Positions 12,775 to 25,607 of a DNA stretch of 64,000 bases are shown one piece after another. The notes beneath the pieces were generated by a model. The model made no database searches. It saw only the letters and a program-made list of their open reading frames with translations, and was not told where the DNA came from. Source of the stretch: Antedon mediterranea (lineage: Eukaryota > Animalia > Echinodermata); contig NC_092670.1 of NCBI RefSeq assembly GCF_964355755.1, positions 20,136,795-20,200,794 on the forward strand, read 5' to 3'. The translations under genes were made by a program, and so were the position numbers. The first letter of the stretch is position 1. Each line of letters starts with the position of its first letter.

Positions 12775-15700
12775 TTAATATGGTTTCATTCTAAAGGCTG
12801 GCCTTCCTAATGAACACTTCAAAGTGCTGTTTAAAGGCGTTGTTCGAATTTGAACCGACCCTATAGATAACCTCTCCGTATTCTTAGTATTGCGAAACAA
12901 TTGGAGATTTTTCTTGACAACGCTCGATTCCCATTGAAAGTAACCACACCCTTTTCTTTCTTTTGGGTTATACCCATTACTCTTTGGGCAAACGAAGAAT
13001 GGGCTGTTTTGGTTAGGACCTGGTTTTGATGCAACTTTTCTCTTTGTTCGTCGTCCGCATCCACACATCGGCGGCGTGATTTTCTCTTGAAGAGATGTCC
13101 GGTTGTTCCACGTCGGCGTCTTCAAACAATTAGTATTACTTATCTTTAAACTGGTCGCTGAGCACCAAGTCGGGGTGGTCACAGAACTCGAGCATCTGGT
13201 ATCTCCAGTGTACATCCCTTTACTATTCCTTCCGTTGGAATTTGACGTCGGAGTGACGGCAACATCCTTCTTGGAAGATCTATATGGATGGCAACCAGTA
13301 GTCTGGCGATCATTGGCAATTGACGAAAAGCTTCTATTCAGTGTTCCAAGACTTTTTCGAGTGTTTTTCAAGTACTTCAAAATACTGTTTGATTTTTCTG
13401 GCGGTTTGAATTCACTATGTATCTTCGAAGCATTAAAACGTATACCATTTGTAAACGGCATTTTCATAGATTGTTTTAAAGTCCGTAGAGGAGTAAATAG
13501 TTTGTCATCAGCAGCTTTAGGCTTATCTTTATTAATCGTGTTATTTTCCTTATCATCATATTCTATAAAACAAGCATTGAGGTCTGTATTTTCAGTGTCA
13601 TTGACGATCGTAAATTCCATACAATGATTTTCAACTTTTTCACTTTTACCAACATCGTTTTCATTTTCTGTGACTTCTGTTTTTTCTTTAAATTTTCTGT
13701 TCATAGTCTCCTTCAATACGAATGTATTAAAAGGCTGAGAATAAATAAAACACATTGACCAGTTATTAAACAAAAATATATTTATTCAAAGTAAATATTT
13801 TCTAACATTCAATATTTCTTTAAAAATAAACTACTTTAGTCATTTAACAGTAACATATTAAATATAAAAAAACTGTCTTTCTAATTAATATTTGCAGTTT
13901 ATGAGCTCAATTTAGTTTCCATTTGATTTTACTATCTTTTACCTACCATTTCAAACTGAGCTGAAGCGATTGTCTTATGCAAATCTTTACAAGCTTGTCT
14001 GCCTGAAGTATTTACATCCTTTGCTGGTGTTTGAAGGACTTTAGAGGTGTTTTTCGGCAGAGCAGGATTACTGTGGTTCTGTTTTGACAAAGAGAATTGA
14101 CCAATAGTGGTGTTCGTTGATTGTCCAACACTGGTGTTCTTTGATTGACCAACACTGGTGTTCTTTGATTGTCCAACACTGATGTTCTTTGATTGTCCAA
14201 CACTGGTGTTATATGATTGTCCAACACTGGTGTTCTTTGATTGTCCAACACTGGTGTTCTTTGATTGTCCAACACTGGGCTTTATTGTGGTATATGAGCT
14301 TGAATAAGTAACAGGCCTAGTGGCAGTTCCTGGTGTATGTATAGATTGTTTACCACTGGGTGTAGTTAAATGGTTCAAGCTACCAGACGCACTTGCTCTT
14401 GCAGTGTAGTTAGGGTTAGTAATCATATTCTGCATGCTACTGGATGAGGTGCTAGGCCTCTGTAAACATTGTTCAATTACAGTATTCTCTTTATGTGCTG
14501 ATGAGATTTGATTGCTTGACGATGATCTTGTAAGTCCAGAGGATGATCTGCCTTTATCAAGAGTCTTAGTAATGCTCATTTGGCAACCATCACAGATCAT
14601 TTTCCATGCTAACTGTGAAGTGTTTCTTGCATCATCCAATCCTAAAGAAAAGAGAATCAAATAAGTATTGGTAAACAAAATTCAATGTTAATTGAAACAC
14701 ATTTTTCTTTTTCTTCTATTTTTTTACAGTGCCTCAGTGTTCGCCAGTGTAGCATAGCAAAAAGCTATACAACCCTTATTGCTACACATTTCTAAAATTG
14801 TGTAGCAAAAAACACAATACAAAACTATGTTTCTCGACTTAAAAATCAGTTTGATTAGCAATATTTTTTATATTTAAATGAAATTTTTCCTTGCTGTCTC
14901 TGAGAAAAGCGCTATATAAATCACTATAATAATAATAAAACTGTAAAATAAATGTATGTACAGTATTTTTTTGTTTGCAAAGTATACCAACAGATCATTT
15001 CTATTTTTTATACTGTATTGGTGACATCACAAAAGCTTATTGAAATTTGTCTTCAATATTGGCCAAAATATTAAACAGAATACCCCTCTGTATATTTCCA
15101 AGCTTTATTAATAAATGTTTTCCAACATAGACAAAGCCTCCATTTTTATATTGTTATATGCATGACTGGATGAGAAATGTTTCAATTTTTATGGTCAAGA
15201 TGGTTGATTGTGTTTAGGCTGTACAGAAAAATCGTGACAAAAACAACTGCCCACCTGAATGTTGTCGTCCCTCAAACTGAATTCCCACATCCTGTAAAGC
15301 TCCATTCAAACCATTCGGTTTTCTTTGATAAAAATTCTGCAAGAAACAAACGTTTACTGTAGTGTATGTTACACAGTGAACTCTTCCAAAACTGAGAACC
15401 CTGGGTCGGCTCTGAATATCTAGGTTTATAGAAGGACAGTTAATGAACTCACTTTTGGCTATCAATGGCAATATGTCTTAAACAAGATAAGAAATATAAC
15501 CAGTAAAGTATCAATTATTCTTTAACTAACTGTACATTCGAATGAAAGTTCATACATAGTGGTATAAATATAACCATGACCAAGGATTGGAATTACCATC
15601 CTTATTTATAGTGTAATCTTCTGACCGACATCACCAGGTCATATAGAAGGTCACACATCCTCATAACACTCATAGGATTCTTCTAGTGAAAATTCAAGGT

Positions 15701-17917
15701 ATGTTGAATTTGTGCTGTAAGTTTGTTTAAAAACACTTTATAGTTGTACTGTACCTTGTAAGTAGCTCTGAGATCAATCCAACTTTCAAGTACTGGTGGT
15801 TTATAAATCTGTTTACGAAGACACTCTCTTTGTAAACACATCCCAAGATCCCAATCTACAAAACATAAGCAGACATATAAAGCTCTGTCTACACTATCAA
15901 ACTTTATGTGACAACAAAATGTGCCCATATATGACATCATATTACTACCATATTTGGAAACATCACTTTTTTTATGTGTTACAGTCTTATATACAAGTCT
16001 TACTTATGTAACCCTGTCATTTCTAAACCCACCTGACCATGTTACAAAGGTACAAAGCTTCTTATCCTCTTTTGTGACATGGTAATCCATATCATATTCT
16101 GCAGCCAACTTTTTCAACCATCTCAGAAACTGACTCAAAATCACAGATATTGGTGCTCCACTTTCTACCATATCCTATTAAAAAAACATGAGAAATTTTG
16201 AGCATCATTAAAAACTACAAAATTATGGCATTGTCTTTTTAGGATTTGGAGTGCGATCACTTGCCTAACACAGTGATAAAATGCCTTTGAGGTGTGCAGC
16301 ACACTTAAGCCTGTTTTCCAGTTGACGTTATTTGACGCTATCGTCGTTGATCGTTAACAGTTCAACGACGATCGTTTGCAAGCGATCAAGTTGAAATGAT
16401 AATAGCGAGTGTCTTTTCCTGTAAATCGTTAACATTTCAATGTTTACGTAGATGATCGCCGATTATTGTTAACGATAGCGTCGACAGGAAAACAGGCTTT
16501 ACATTTCTAAACTTCTACACACAGTACACCTGAATGTATTTAGGAGTGCAATAATATGTAGCAGTAAATCCGGAATTTTCAAACGACACGGGCTGATTAT
16601 ACAATATGTGATTGTGTAAAGTTTCAATAGACTATGAAAATACCTGTTAAGCTTTGTCTACACTATCAAACTAGTTTGACAAAAAAAAGTGTGATGTGCT
16701 CAAATGTGGTAGACCGTAGTATGCTTAAACATGGTAGTGATAATACATATGTCCATATATGGGCACATCACATTTTATTGTCACATAAAGTTTGATGGTG
16801 TAGACAGAGCTTTATTCTATTCTGCATGTCATACATGTATTCCAAACAATGTCCATTGGCGCAGTTTACCTGGGTAATGCCTGTAAACTCGGTACAAAAC
16901 TTGCTTAGTTGTGGCTTTTCCATTGGTAGAACATAAGAATGGAACTCATCTACAATCGCACCAGTTGATGTGTTTAACAGAACTGCTGGGAATTCAACTA
17001 AAAGAAAAATAATGAATATTTTTATATGTTGTGGACCTAGACTTTAATAAAACATTTAGAAATGAGTATGTTACAGCCTAAATAATATATAATACTGTAT
17101 GGCTCTCCAAGCAACAAATGGAAACCACTTACTTATCTCTTGGCCTGTGTTCATCTGTTTCTCTTTCCAACAAGTTGATTCAAAATCTATCACTATCAGG
17201 AACATAAATTCTTGAGCTTTCAAATAAAAAGTATGAACACAGGTAAATTATTACTGTATATTAATTTATTTCTGAAGCAAAATGATTTCTTTGAATCAAA
17301 ATGATTAAATTTTTGTAAACATTAACAGTGCTTCCTGAGACTGCAGTAGATAGATTAAAAAGATCTAATATACTGTACTGTATGCAAGGTAGGTGTGTAT
17401 GATTTGATAGTCCCTGTAAAAACAATAGAAAAAATGTATTTTTACCATTTAAAAACATAAAAATCAAAATAATGTTTAAATCATTTTAACTTACAACACT
17501 TTTGAGCCTTTTTTAAATCTCTGGCATTTTGAGAAGAAGATGAATGTCTACGGAGCAATCCAAGTTCCCTGAAATAATAATATGCATCCATTTTATAATT
17601 ATTCATGATCTAAGTAGGCCTGCTGCATTATCTTTCTATCAAAAAGTCTGGCATAATACTTTTTATCTTCTTGTTTATCTCTCTGTGAATGTCATGACTT
17701 CACCAAATATTGTGTAAAATGTTCCAAAGTAATTAAAAAATAGAGATGGCATTTCTATTTTTTATTTACAGCACTTTAATTACTTAATGCTGATAATAAT
17801 AGATATTTTCATTATTACATAATTATATTATATTTTATATATCACATAATTGTTCAGGTCTAAAATAATTTATAAATGTGTTATACTGAACCTGGCAATT
17901 TCCTTTGCTGTCTTCAT
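12775..17917 (-). CDS. ERI2: ERI1 exoribonuclease family member 2 (DEDDh exonuclease plus GRF zinc finger)
   Basis: Exons (high-low): 17917-17892, 17568-17495, 17216-17133, 16997-16870, 16174-16033, 15855-15755, 15336-15255, 14641-13947, 13734-12775. Motifs: MKTAKEIARELGLLRR, LIVIDFESTCW, QEIIEFPAVLLNTSTG, WSDWDLGMCL, WIDLRATYK, FEGRQHSGLDDARNT, and a C-terminal GRF finger CGCG...GPNQNSPFFVCPK...CGYFQWE. Confidence 0.95.
14097..14278 (-). repeat. 24-bp coding tandem repeat (SVGQSKNT x ~7) in the ERI2 linker
   Basis: Plus-strand unit CCAACACTGGTGTTCTTTGATTGT is repeated in frame within the exon. Confidence 0.93.
16308..16498. mobile_element. PIF/Harbinger-type MITE family C
   Basis: TIR AGCCTGTTTTCC...GGAAAACAGGCT, TTA/TTA TSD, CpG-rich interior. 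Confidence 0.8.
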
Positions 17918-18964
17918 TTTAAGAAATGCTGCTACTAAAAAAAAGTACATTGTTACTATAGTGACCTGTTTTCTGTTCTACAGTAACAACCCCAAGCCAA
18001 GACTCTACTAGCTAAGTAAAGTACTCTAGTAGAGTACTTAGCTAGTAGTAGAAGGAACATCGAAACACAAACAAATATTATTATCATTATTGTAAATGGC
18101 ATATCGTACACATATGTTATGGTTATCATCATAAATTCATATATATATTGATTGAATATTGTTCACAAGAAACTAGTAAGCTGCATATTTGGCGTGCTGA
18201 TCCTTCCTAGCCATACCTAGCAAGGCTAGCCTCCTCCTCTTACGCAAGGCTAGGAAGGAGGGGCCCGGTGAACCCGGCTGGCTTAGCTAGCCTTAGTACT
18301 AGGCCTAGTAGTAGGCCTACTACTACTAGCTAGGCCTACTACTACTCTAGCCTAGTTAGGCGGCCTAGGCCTAACTAGGCCCTAGACTAGGGCCTAGCTA
18401 GTAAAACTAAAAGTAGTAGTAGCCTGCTGTACTGCATTGCATACTTAATTACGTTATCTAGGCGGGTAGCCATCTAGGCCTAGGCCTACTCTTAATATAT
18501 AATCCAATCATCGTATACACACCGCATAGCTATTTATCGGAGCAGAATTATAAATTTTATTAAATAATAATAATATCAGAAACATTTTCTCCGCATATTT
18601 TTCACACCATATATTTATAATAATCATGCATCGTGAAAAAAACAACTTTTGAAACATCGCGCGCCACCGAGAGAGGGAGCCATTTGTTGTGGCGCTGTTG
18701 TCGTTGGTGGTGGTGGACTAGGCCTAGGCCTCTAGGGAGAAAAACATTTATTTTACTTTCCAGCCTCCCTACTACTAAGATAGGTCTATTAATTAATAAT
18801 ACGTTTTGCAATGTTTATATATAATAACTGTGATTACCACAAAAAAAAAACCTGGCATAATTAATAGGGCTAGTATTGTGGCCTCTTCCAAAACTATTCT
18901 CAATTCACAAGCTAGGCAGAGTGAGTGGAGTGTGTGTGTGTGAGCTGCTGCAGTGTGTGTGTGT

Positions 18965-20395
18965 GCCTAATAAACCACTTGTTTGGTTTAGATACATTGA
19001 CGACATCTTCATGATCTGGACCCATGGTGAAGATAATTTGGAATCTTTTCTTCTCAATATTAATTCAGCCCACCCAACTATCAAATTTACAGCAGCTACC
19101 AAATCCACTAGCTAGTAGACTAGTAGTAGCGTTGATTTTTTGGACACTATAATAGTGACCATAAAAAATGGTACACTCAAAACTGACCGATTCCGTAAAC
19201 CCACAGATAAAAATATGTACCTGCTCCCTAGCAGTTGTCATCCCCGACACTGTACTAAAAACATACCGTACAGTCAAGCATTACGTATCAGACGTATCTG
19301 TTCTTTAGATTTAGATTTTCAGAATGGTACCGAAGAACTAACCGGACATCTCCGGAATAGAAATTACAAGAAAGAATACATCGAAACTGCTATAAAGAAA
19401 GCAAAGATATTCCTCGATGTCAAACACTGACGTACAAACCATGTCAGCCAAAAAATTCGACCAGAGTGCCATTGGTCACAACCTATCACCCTAGGTTTCC
19501 TCCATTACGGGCTATTATTGAGAAACATATGCCCATTCTACAGTCCACAGAACATCTCAGGACTGTTTTTCCGGAACCACCCATTATTGCATTTCGTAGA
19601 CCTCCCAACCTTCGTGATATATTAGTCAGATCCAAATTTAAGAGTGAAATTAACTCTCATGACAGCCAAAATTTGGGCAGTCACCTTTGCGGAAAATCTT
19701 GCAAAACTTGTTCATTGGTTGATTCTACTGAAAAATTTAAGAGTAATCAAACTGGCCACATTTTTCGGATAAGACAATCAATTACCGTAATTGTCTAATC
19801 AAAAACATCATTTATCTCATGATACTGTAATATTTGTGGCAAACAGTACGTCGGAGAAACAAAAAACACTCTCCATATGAGAATGACACAACACGATCAG
19901 CTATCAAAACATTAAAGCATGATCAACCTGTAGCCGAACATTTTAATTCAGCTGGTCACTCGATTGCAAATTTCAGAGTTATTGCAATAGACCACGATGT
20001 CAAATAGAGCGACAAAACTCGCAAAGACAAAGAAAACCACTGGGAATTACAACTTAAAACCACAAAACCTTTTGGACTTAGCATTAGGAACATACTCCCA
20101 GATCGATAAAATTATTTCATTGACTACCAAAATTTAAGTTTCAATATTAACCACCATTTAAGCTGTTTTTTAGTTTCATTCCAAAATTGTTTATATCAGC
20201 ACTTGCCAGCTCTTATACTATGACGTTATCCAAATTCCTTCCATTGCACTGATGAAGGGCTAGTGTTGCCCGAAAGCTCTGCTAACTTTTCTGGCTGTTT
20301 TACTTATCGTTTTAATTTAGCTTTTCGCTTTTTTTTTTTTATCTTCATTGAGATCCAGCCACTGATACCCACAGGGTTGTCATTTTTTCAGTTAT
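18965..20395 (+). mobile_element. Penelope-like retroelement, 5'-truncated and frameshifted (RT C-terminus, GIY-YIG endonuclease, pLTR)
   Basis: RT motifs PLVWFRYIDDIFMIW, HPTIKFT, FLD, RKPTDKNMYL...SCHPRH, IPYSQALRIRRICS; linker PLVTTYHP...AFRRPPNLRDILV; CxxxCxxC; GIY-YIG-type NIIYL..CNICGKQYVGETK and QPVAEHFN. The ORF is broken into pieces and ends near 20110. The 3' region carries the hammerhead. Confidence 0.92.
20244..20285 (+). ncRNA. Minimal type I hammerhead ribozyme in the Penelope pLTR
   Basis: TTGCA-CTGATGA-A-GGGC(TAGTGTT)GCCC-GAAA-GCTC^TGCTAA. It has the CUGAUGA and GAAA core, a 4-bp helix II, a palindromic AGCU helix III and a CUC cleavage triplet (C at 20279). Helix I pairs GCA/UGC. 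Confidence 0.88.
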
Positions 20396-20567
20396 TTGCC
20401 GTTGGATTTATAACATAATGTATACATTTTTTGGTAGTAATTACTAACCATAAATTTTTATAAAGCCAACATATCTTTATTTGTCTTTTATTTACTTTTT
20501 AAACAATTTAAATATTCATTCTCCATCTACGTAGGCTTGTCAAGTCCAGATTCCACAAAAAAGGAAA

Positions 20568-23500
20568 ATGGAATACTTCAAAGTTGGTACTGAGTTTTCA
20601 TCTTTTGCTGAGATAAAATCCCGAATAGAGCTTTTACAAAACACTACATATGCTCAATTTTATATTAAAGATTCCAGAACAATTGAGTCTGATTTAAAAC
20701 GTAGAGTAACTCGAAGGTTTGTCAAACCTGAGCTGAAATATGTCAATCTGACTTTCTTATGTATTGCTGCTGGGAAATTTAAGTCCAAATCCAAAGGTTC
20801 TAGACCAAATCAGAAGTAAGTAAATCTAAGTTAAAAAAACTTATCTCAATAGGACCATATAGTATTTATTTTTACATTTACATTAGAATACATAATTAGA
20901 TATAAAAAATGTATAGAATGGGACTTTAAACATCTAAGAACTGATTTTTACTTCAACCAAATAAGTTGTTTAATTTACTTTGTGGTGTTTCAGAACATTC
21001 AAACAAGATTGTCAAGCAGGAATCAAGTTATCAGTTTCGAAGGATGGCAATACCCTCAAAGTTATTAGCTTTATTGAGGATCACAATCATGAATGTACTA
21101 AGGTAAGGCTCTGTCTACACTATCAAACTTTATGTGACAATAAAATGTGATATGCCATGATGATGTCATATCACTACCATATTTAAGCATCACTACCATA
21201 TTTGGACACATCGCACTTTTTTTGTCAAACTAGTTTGATAGTTGAAAGGCTTACTGAACTGACTACCACAGTCTCAGATTATGATGTCACATGTTAATTA
21301 AGCTCTGTCAACCTATCAAACTAGACTAGACAAAAAACCAAATATGGTAGTGATATGATGTCATTGTGTCCATATGGGCACATCACATTTTTTTGTAGTA
21401 TATGAAAATCAACGTTCCAGATACTTATAGCAGCAGCAGCAGGTTAACATCACCACGTTATGTCTCTTTTTATTTTAGCTTGGTTTTGAAAGTCTTCCTC
21501 AACAAAGACGATTGAGTGAAGCAGTGAGGGAAGAGGCTGTGAAGCTGTTTGAGATGGATTGTAACCGTAAGCAAGTGCAAAATCACCTACAGAAGATTAC
21601 AGGCAAAGTTATTATAAGACGAGACATAACTAATATTAAGCAACAATTTATGAAGGATAAAACGAAAAAAAGCAATGTTGAAGAAGTTGTGAAAAAATTG
21701 AACAGAATTCAAGGTGTGTTTTTTTCTATGTATAAAGCTCTGTCTACACTATCAAACTTTATGTGAAAAAAAAAATGTGATGTGCCCATATTATATGGAC
21801 ATGATCACTACCATATTTGGACATATCACTACCATATTTGGACACAAGACATCCAATTTGTTATAAGCACATCCCTATTGATAATGAATTTGCATTGAGC
21901 AGTTCAAAATGTTTAAAAACCTAATGACATATGCTTTATTCTGTTTCTTTTTTGTCCTTGGTGTAAAGGTGGTTCATTTTAGAAGCAAATCGCTTTTTGT
22001 TCGTCGTCTTGTTGTAAATTTTTATTTTATTAATTAAAGACGTATTGGCCCCCTGAAAAATAATTTGTAAAATGTTTATTGTTGAATATGCCATTTTATT
22101 GTCGCATAATAGTTATCCACACAAATTTGATATAAAAAAAATGTACAACAAACTGTAATTTAAAGCACAAATGGTGAAATTGGCATTATGTTATTTTATA
22201 AGTGAAAACATTGTTTTTTTTCTACGGAAGTGATTAACTTTTTTAAATAACCTATTCAAAGTCTGATTTAATTAATCTTCTTTTTTCATGTTTTTGGGGG
22301 ACAATACATCTTTAATTTAAATGTGATCTGAAAGTTTAAAACATTTTTGTTTATTATTAGGGTCGACAACTAAGGTTTCAGTGGATGATGATTATAACTT
22401 ATTAGGAATTTATTACCAAGACAAGGTAATGAAGGAAGCATTTGCAGCCTTTCCAGAAATAGTTTTCATTGATGCAGTTGCAACTTACAAACTTGATGAG
22501 CTAAAAATGCCATTTAACTTGTATATAATAGTAGGAGAAGATGGAAATGGCCAGAGTGAAGTATTTGCTACGTTTCTTGTTTCTAGTGATGCAAAACATG
22601 TCATCTCAAAGATGATCCAAACTTTTAAATGTCACAATCCCAACTGGTCAAAGGTTAAATCAATCATGACAGATAAGGACTTCACTAAAAGACACATTCT
22701 TGGAAACGAGTTTCCAGAGGCAAATATAATGATTTGCCTTTTCCATGTTTTTCGTGTAATTCAACGGGAAATAACAACAAAGATGGGAATTAATCTTACT
22801 GAGAGAAACATCTGCTTAGAAATTATTCAGAAAATGGTTCATGCCAATTCTGAAGAAATATACGAGGCTGCGTACGAAGCATTGAAAATGACTCGTTTGT
22901 CGTGTGTTATACAGTATTTTGAAAAGAATTGGCATGGAAGCCATCATGAATGGGTTGAAGGTTTTAAGGGAGATGACTTGACCTTTTTAAACCGGATAAA
23001 TAATAAGTTAAAAACTTTAAGTCAATTGGTCAATGAAGTTTGCCAACAGCAGTCAAGTCTTCACCAATTCTACTGTGACTTTTTATTCTTCTTAAAATCA
23101 ACTAGGCAAGTCCATGACAGCAATTCTTTGAATAATGTTGGACATACTTGGTCAGTGGGCATTTGTCGGACAGGATCAGCAGAAGAAAAATATAAGGCAT
23201 TGCTGACACCATATGCTTTTATGTATGTGATGCAACAGTTAGAAGAGTTACCGAATAATGTAATTGTAGTTGAAGAACATCCAGATGGCCGCTACAGTAT
23301 TGAGTTGGAATCCTCACATCTGAATGTTTCAACATCAGACTGTGAATGTGTTTTCAGGTATTTATTAGAGAACGGTATGGTGTAATAGTAAAAGGCAAGT
23401 GGGAAGCATGGGTTCGGGACCTGTCTGTGTCATATTGCTTGTATCCTTAATCAAGATATTCTCATTGATAACTGAATTTTTTTTATCATCAATTGACTTG

Positions 23501-24949
23501 TTATATATTTTACTGGAATTTATTATGTTTACCTCATTTTCTTGAAGGAAGAAATAAATGTTAAGTTGAATTGAATTGAATTGAATTGCTTTGTCCTTCA
23601 GATACATTGCATGTGCAACAATAAAACAGTTGGTACTGTATAATATTCAAAAAGATCAAAAGGTATCATCTCCTAGTGGTGATCTTGCTGCTGTACTGCG
23701 TTTGGGGCATGTGTCCTTCCTTCCACATCCGCTTTTGATCTAAAATAAAATTAAAAAATTATCTTTTCCTTTGCCTTAGAAAAATCGATCATATTTTGTT
23801 TTGTATTTTTTGATATTTTCCTTGAAAAATACATGGTAATACAAAATAATTTTTGTATATACAGGTCAGCCATGCAGCTACCATGTCGACACATATTTGC
23901 TGTCAGAAGTATTGAAGGCCAAGATTTATTTGATGAGGAACTTTGCAACCCACGATGGTCAATTGAATATTACAAAGAAAAACATGCACTTAACGATGAG
24001 ATTGAATCAAGTATTTATAATCTAGACAACGAGGTTGTAGAAGAAGCACAACAAGAAGTAACAATTATTACTCAAGCCGAGAAATATCATAAAGCCTTTA
24101 TGGTTTGTGAAAACCTGTCAACGCTCGTCTCGAAGTCACCATCGGATCAGTTTAAATACCAGTGTGATATGCTTCAACGAATTTATAATGCATGGAATGA
24201 TGGGATACGTGTAGGAATACATACCATTAATGGTAAGTTGGCCCAGTGACAAAAAATAGGGAATTAAGTTCTGTACCTAATATCCTAACTTCTGCTTGTA
24301 TTTTCCAAAACATATAGAGATACAGGTGTAGGTGGGAGTGGTGGTGCTGACTGAGGTTTCTTTATGTTTATAAGCTGACCTATACTTTACTAATACTGTT
24401 CACAAATTATCTATTATCATTAGATGAAACAACTGGATGCACTGATATTGATGTTCTAGAACAGTCTAGTATTGACAATGGTAAGTCAAAGATATCAATT
24501 TTTAAAACTGATCTTCTACAATAGTATCATCATCAGAGTGATAATATCTTAAAGCTAAGCAAACTGCTTAACAGGAACACATTATTTGATTCCTATTATT
24601 GCATATACTTATGTATTAAGTTTTAGACAACTGAATGCTGTGCTTATTTTTATTGATTAATATTTTACCCCTTTTTTTTTAAAGGTTTAATTTAGTGGTG
24701 TTTACCTTAAGTGATGCTTACCTTAAGTGAAATAAGGAGGCAAAGAGTATTACTCGTATAGGCTGCATCCTCTCATAGTTTTTATGTGCGATTCATATGT
24801 TCGTTGGACTTGAAATAATTCAACAAAGTTAATTAATTTTATTGTTTATTTTAGAAAACTCCAGGATAAATCTTCCATTGGCTGATCGAAAGCGGAGTGC
24901 CAATTTACCGATTAGCTCGCCCTCAAAACGCACCAAAGAAACAACCTAA
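20568..24949 (+). CDS. MULE-transposase-derived SWIM zinc-finger protein (ZSWIM1/3-like), probably domesticated
   Basis: Eight in-phase GT-AG exons: 20568-20815, 20994-21102, 21479-21713, 22361-23357, 23865-24232, 24424-24480, 24855-24949, plus the UTR part from 20535. The product has an N-terminal FAR1/WRKY-GCM1-like C...C...HNH, a MULE core (FPEIVFID, IMTDKD, ICLFH) and SWIM CECVFRSAMQLPCRH. I saw no stops or frameshifts and no flanking TIRs. Confidence 0.85.
22038..22311. mobile_element. TTAA-flanked Kolobok-type non-autonomous element
   Basis: TTAA|AGACGTATTG...CAATACATCT|TTAA. Related copies at 30162-~30417, 38252-38540 (TTAA both sides) and 47235-~47482. Confidence 0.72.
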
Positions 24950-25607
24950 AAAATGGAACATGTATCTACACAGTATACTGCTGACAATAACAAACAATGG
25001 ATCCGAAACAACTTAATGTGAAACAAAATTATTGATGTTATAATAGTTTATCTTGGTTGTTAATTTGGAACTTTAATTTTTTTTAAATGTAACTACAGTA
25101 AAGTTTAATACTTTCTTTTTGATAGAGAAAGATTGTGAAAAGTATTTAAAAGATATTTTAAAGATTCTTTGCTTTCCATAGTTGTTGTCAGTAAATTCAT
25201 GAATTACCAGTAAATTTCTTAAATATTTTGATTGTTTTTGGCAGTATTTATATAATAAAAGATTATATAAAATATATTTTGTATCATTTTATTCTTAATG
25301 CTATCTCTGATTCAATATCAATAGACAATATGGATCTTTAAATAAAGGGTGTATTAATATATACAACAACAATGTTTTGGTTTCACAAATCTGTTTTTCT
25401 AAATTGTACTCTCTGCTGTTTTTAACATTCATTCAAGCATGACAAAAATAGTCTAAATATCCAGTCGTATACGACTCAAACGAAAAATTGCTGAAAAGCG
25501 GCTGTACGGTACTGGCGAGCGAGTCTATCAACAATATCTCAACGTTGAGTGCGTTGGACACATGTTTTATTATTGATAAAAAATAATTGCAAATATTTGA
25601 TAAAATA

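Noticed and set aside
13103-13627. 174-aa + strand ORF
   Set aside because: Antisense shadow of the ERI2 last exon.
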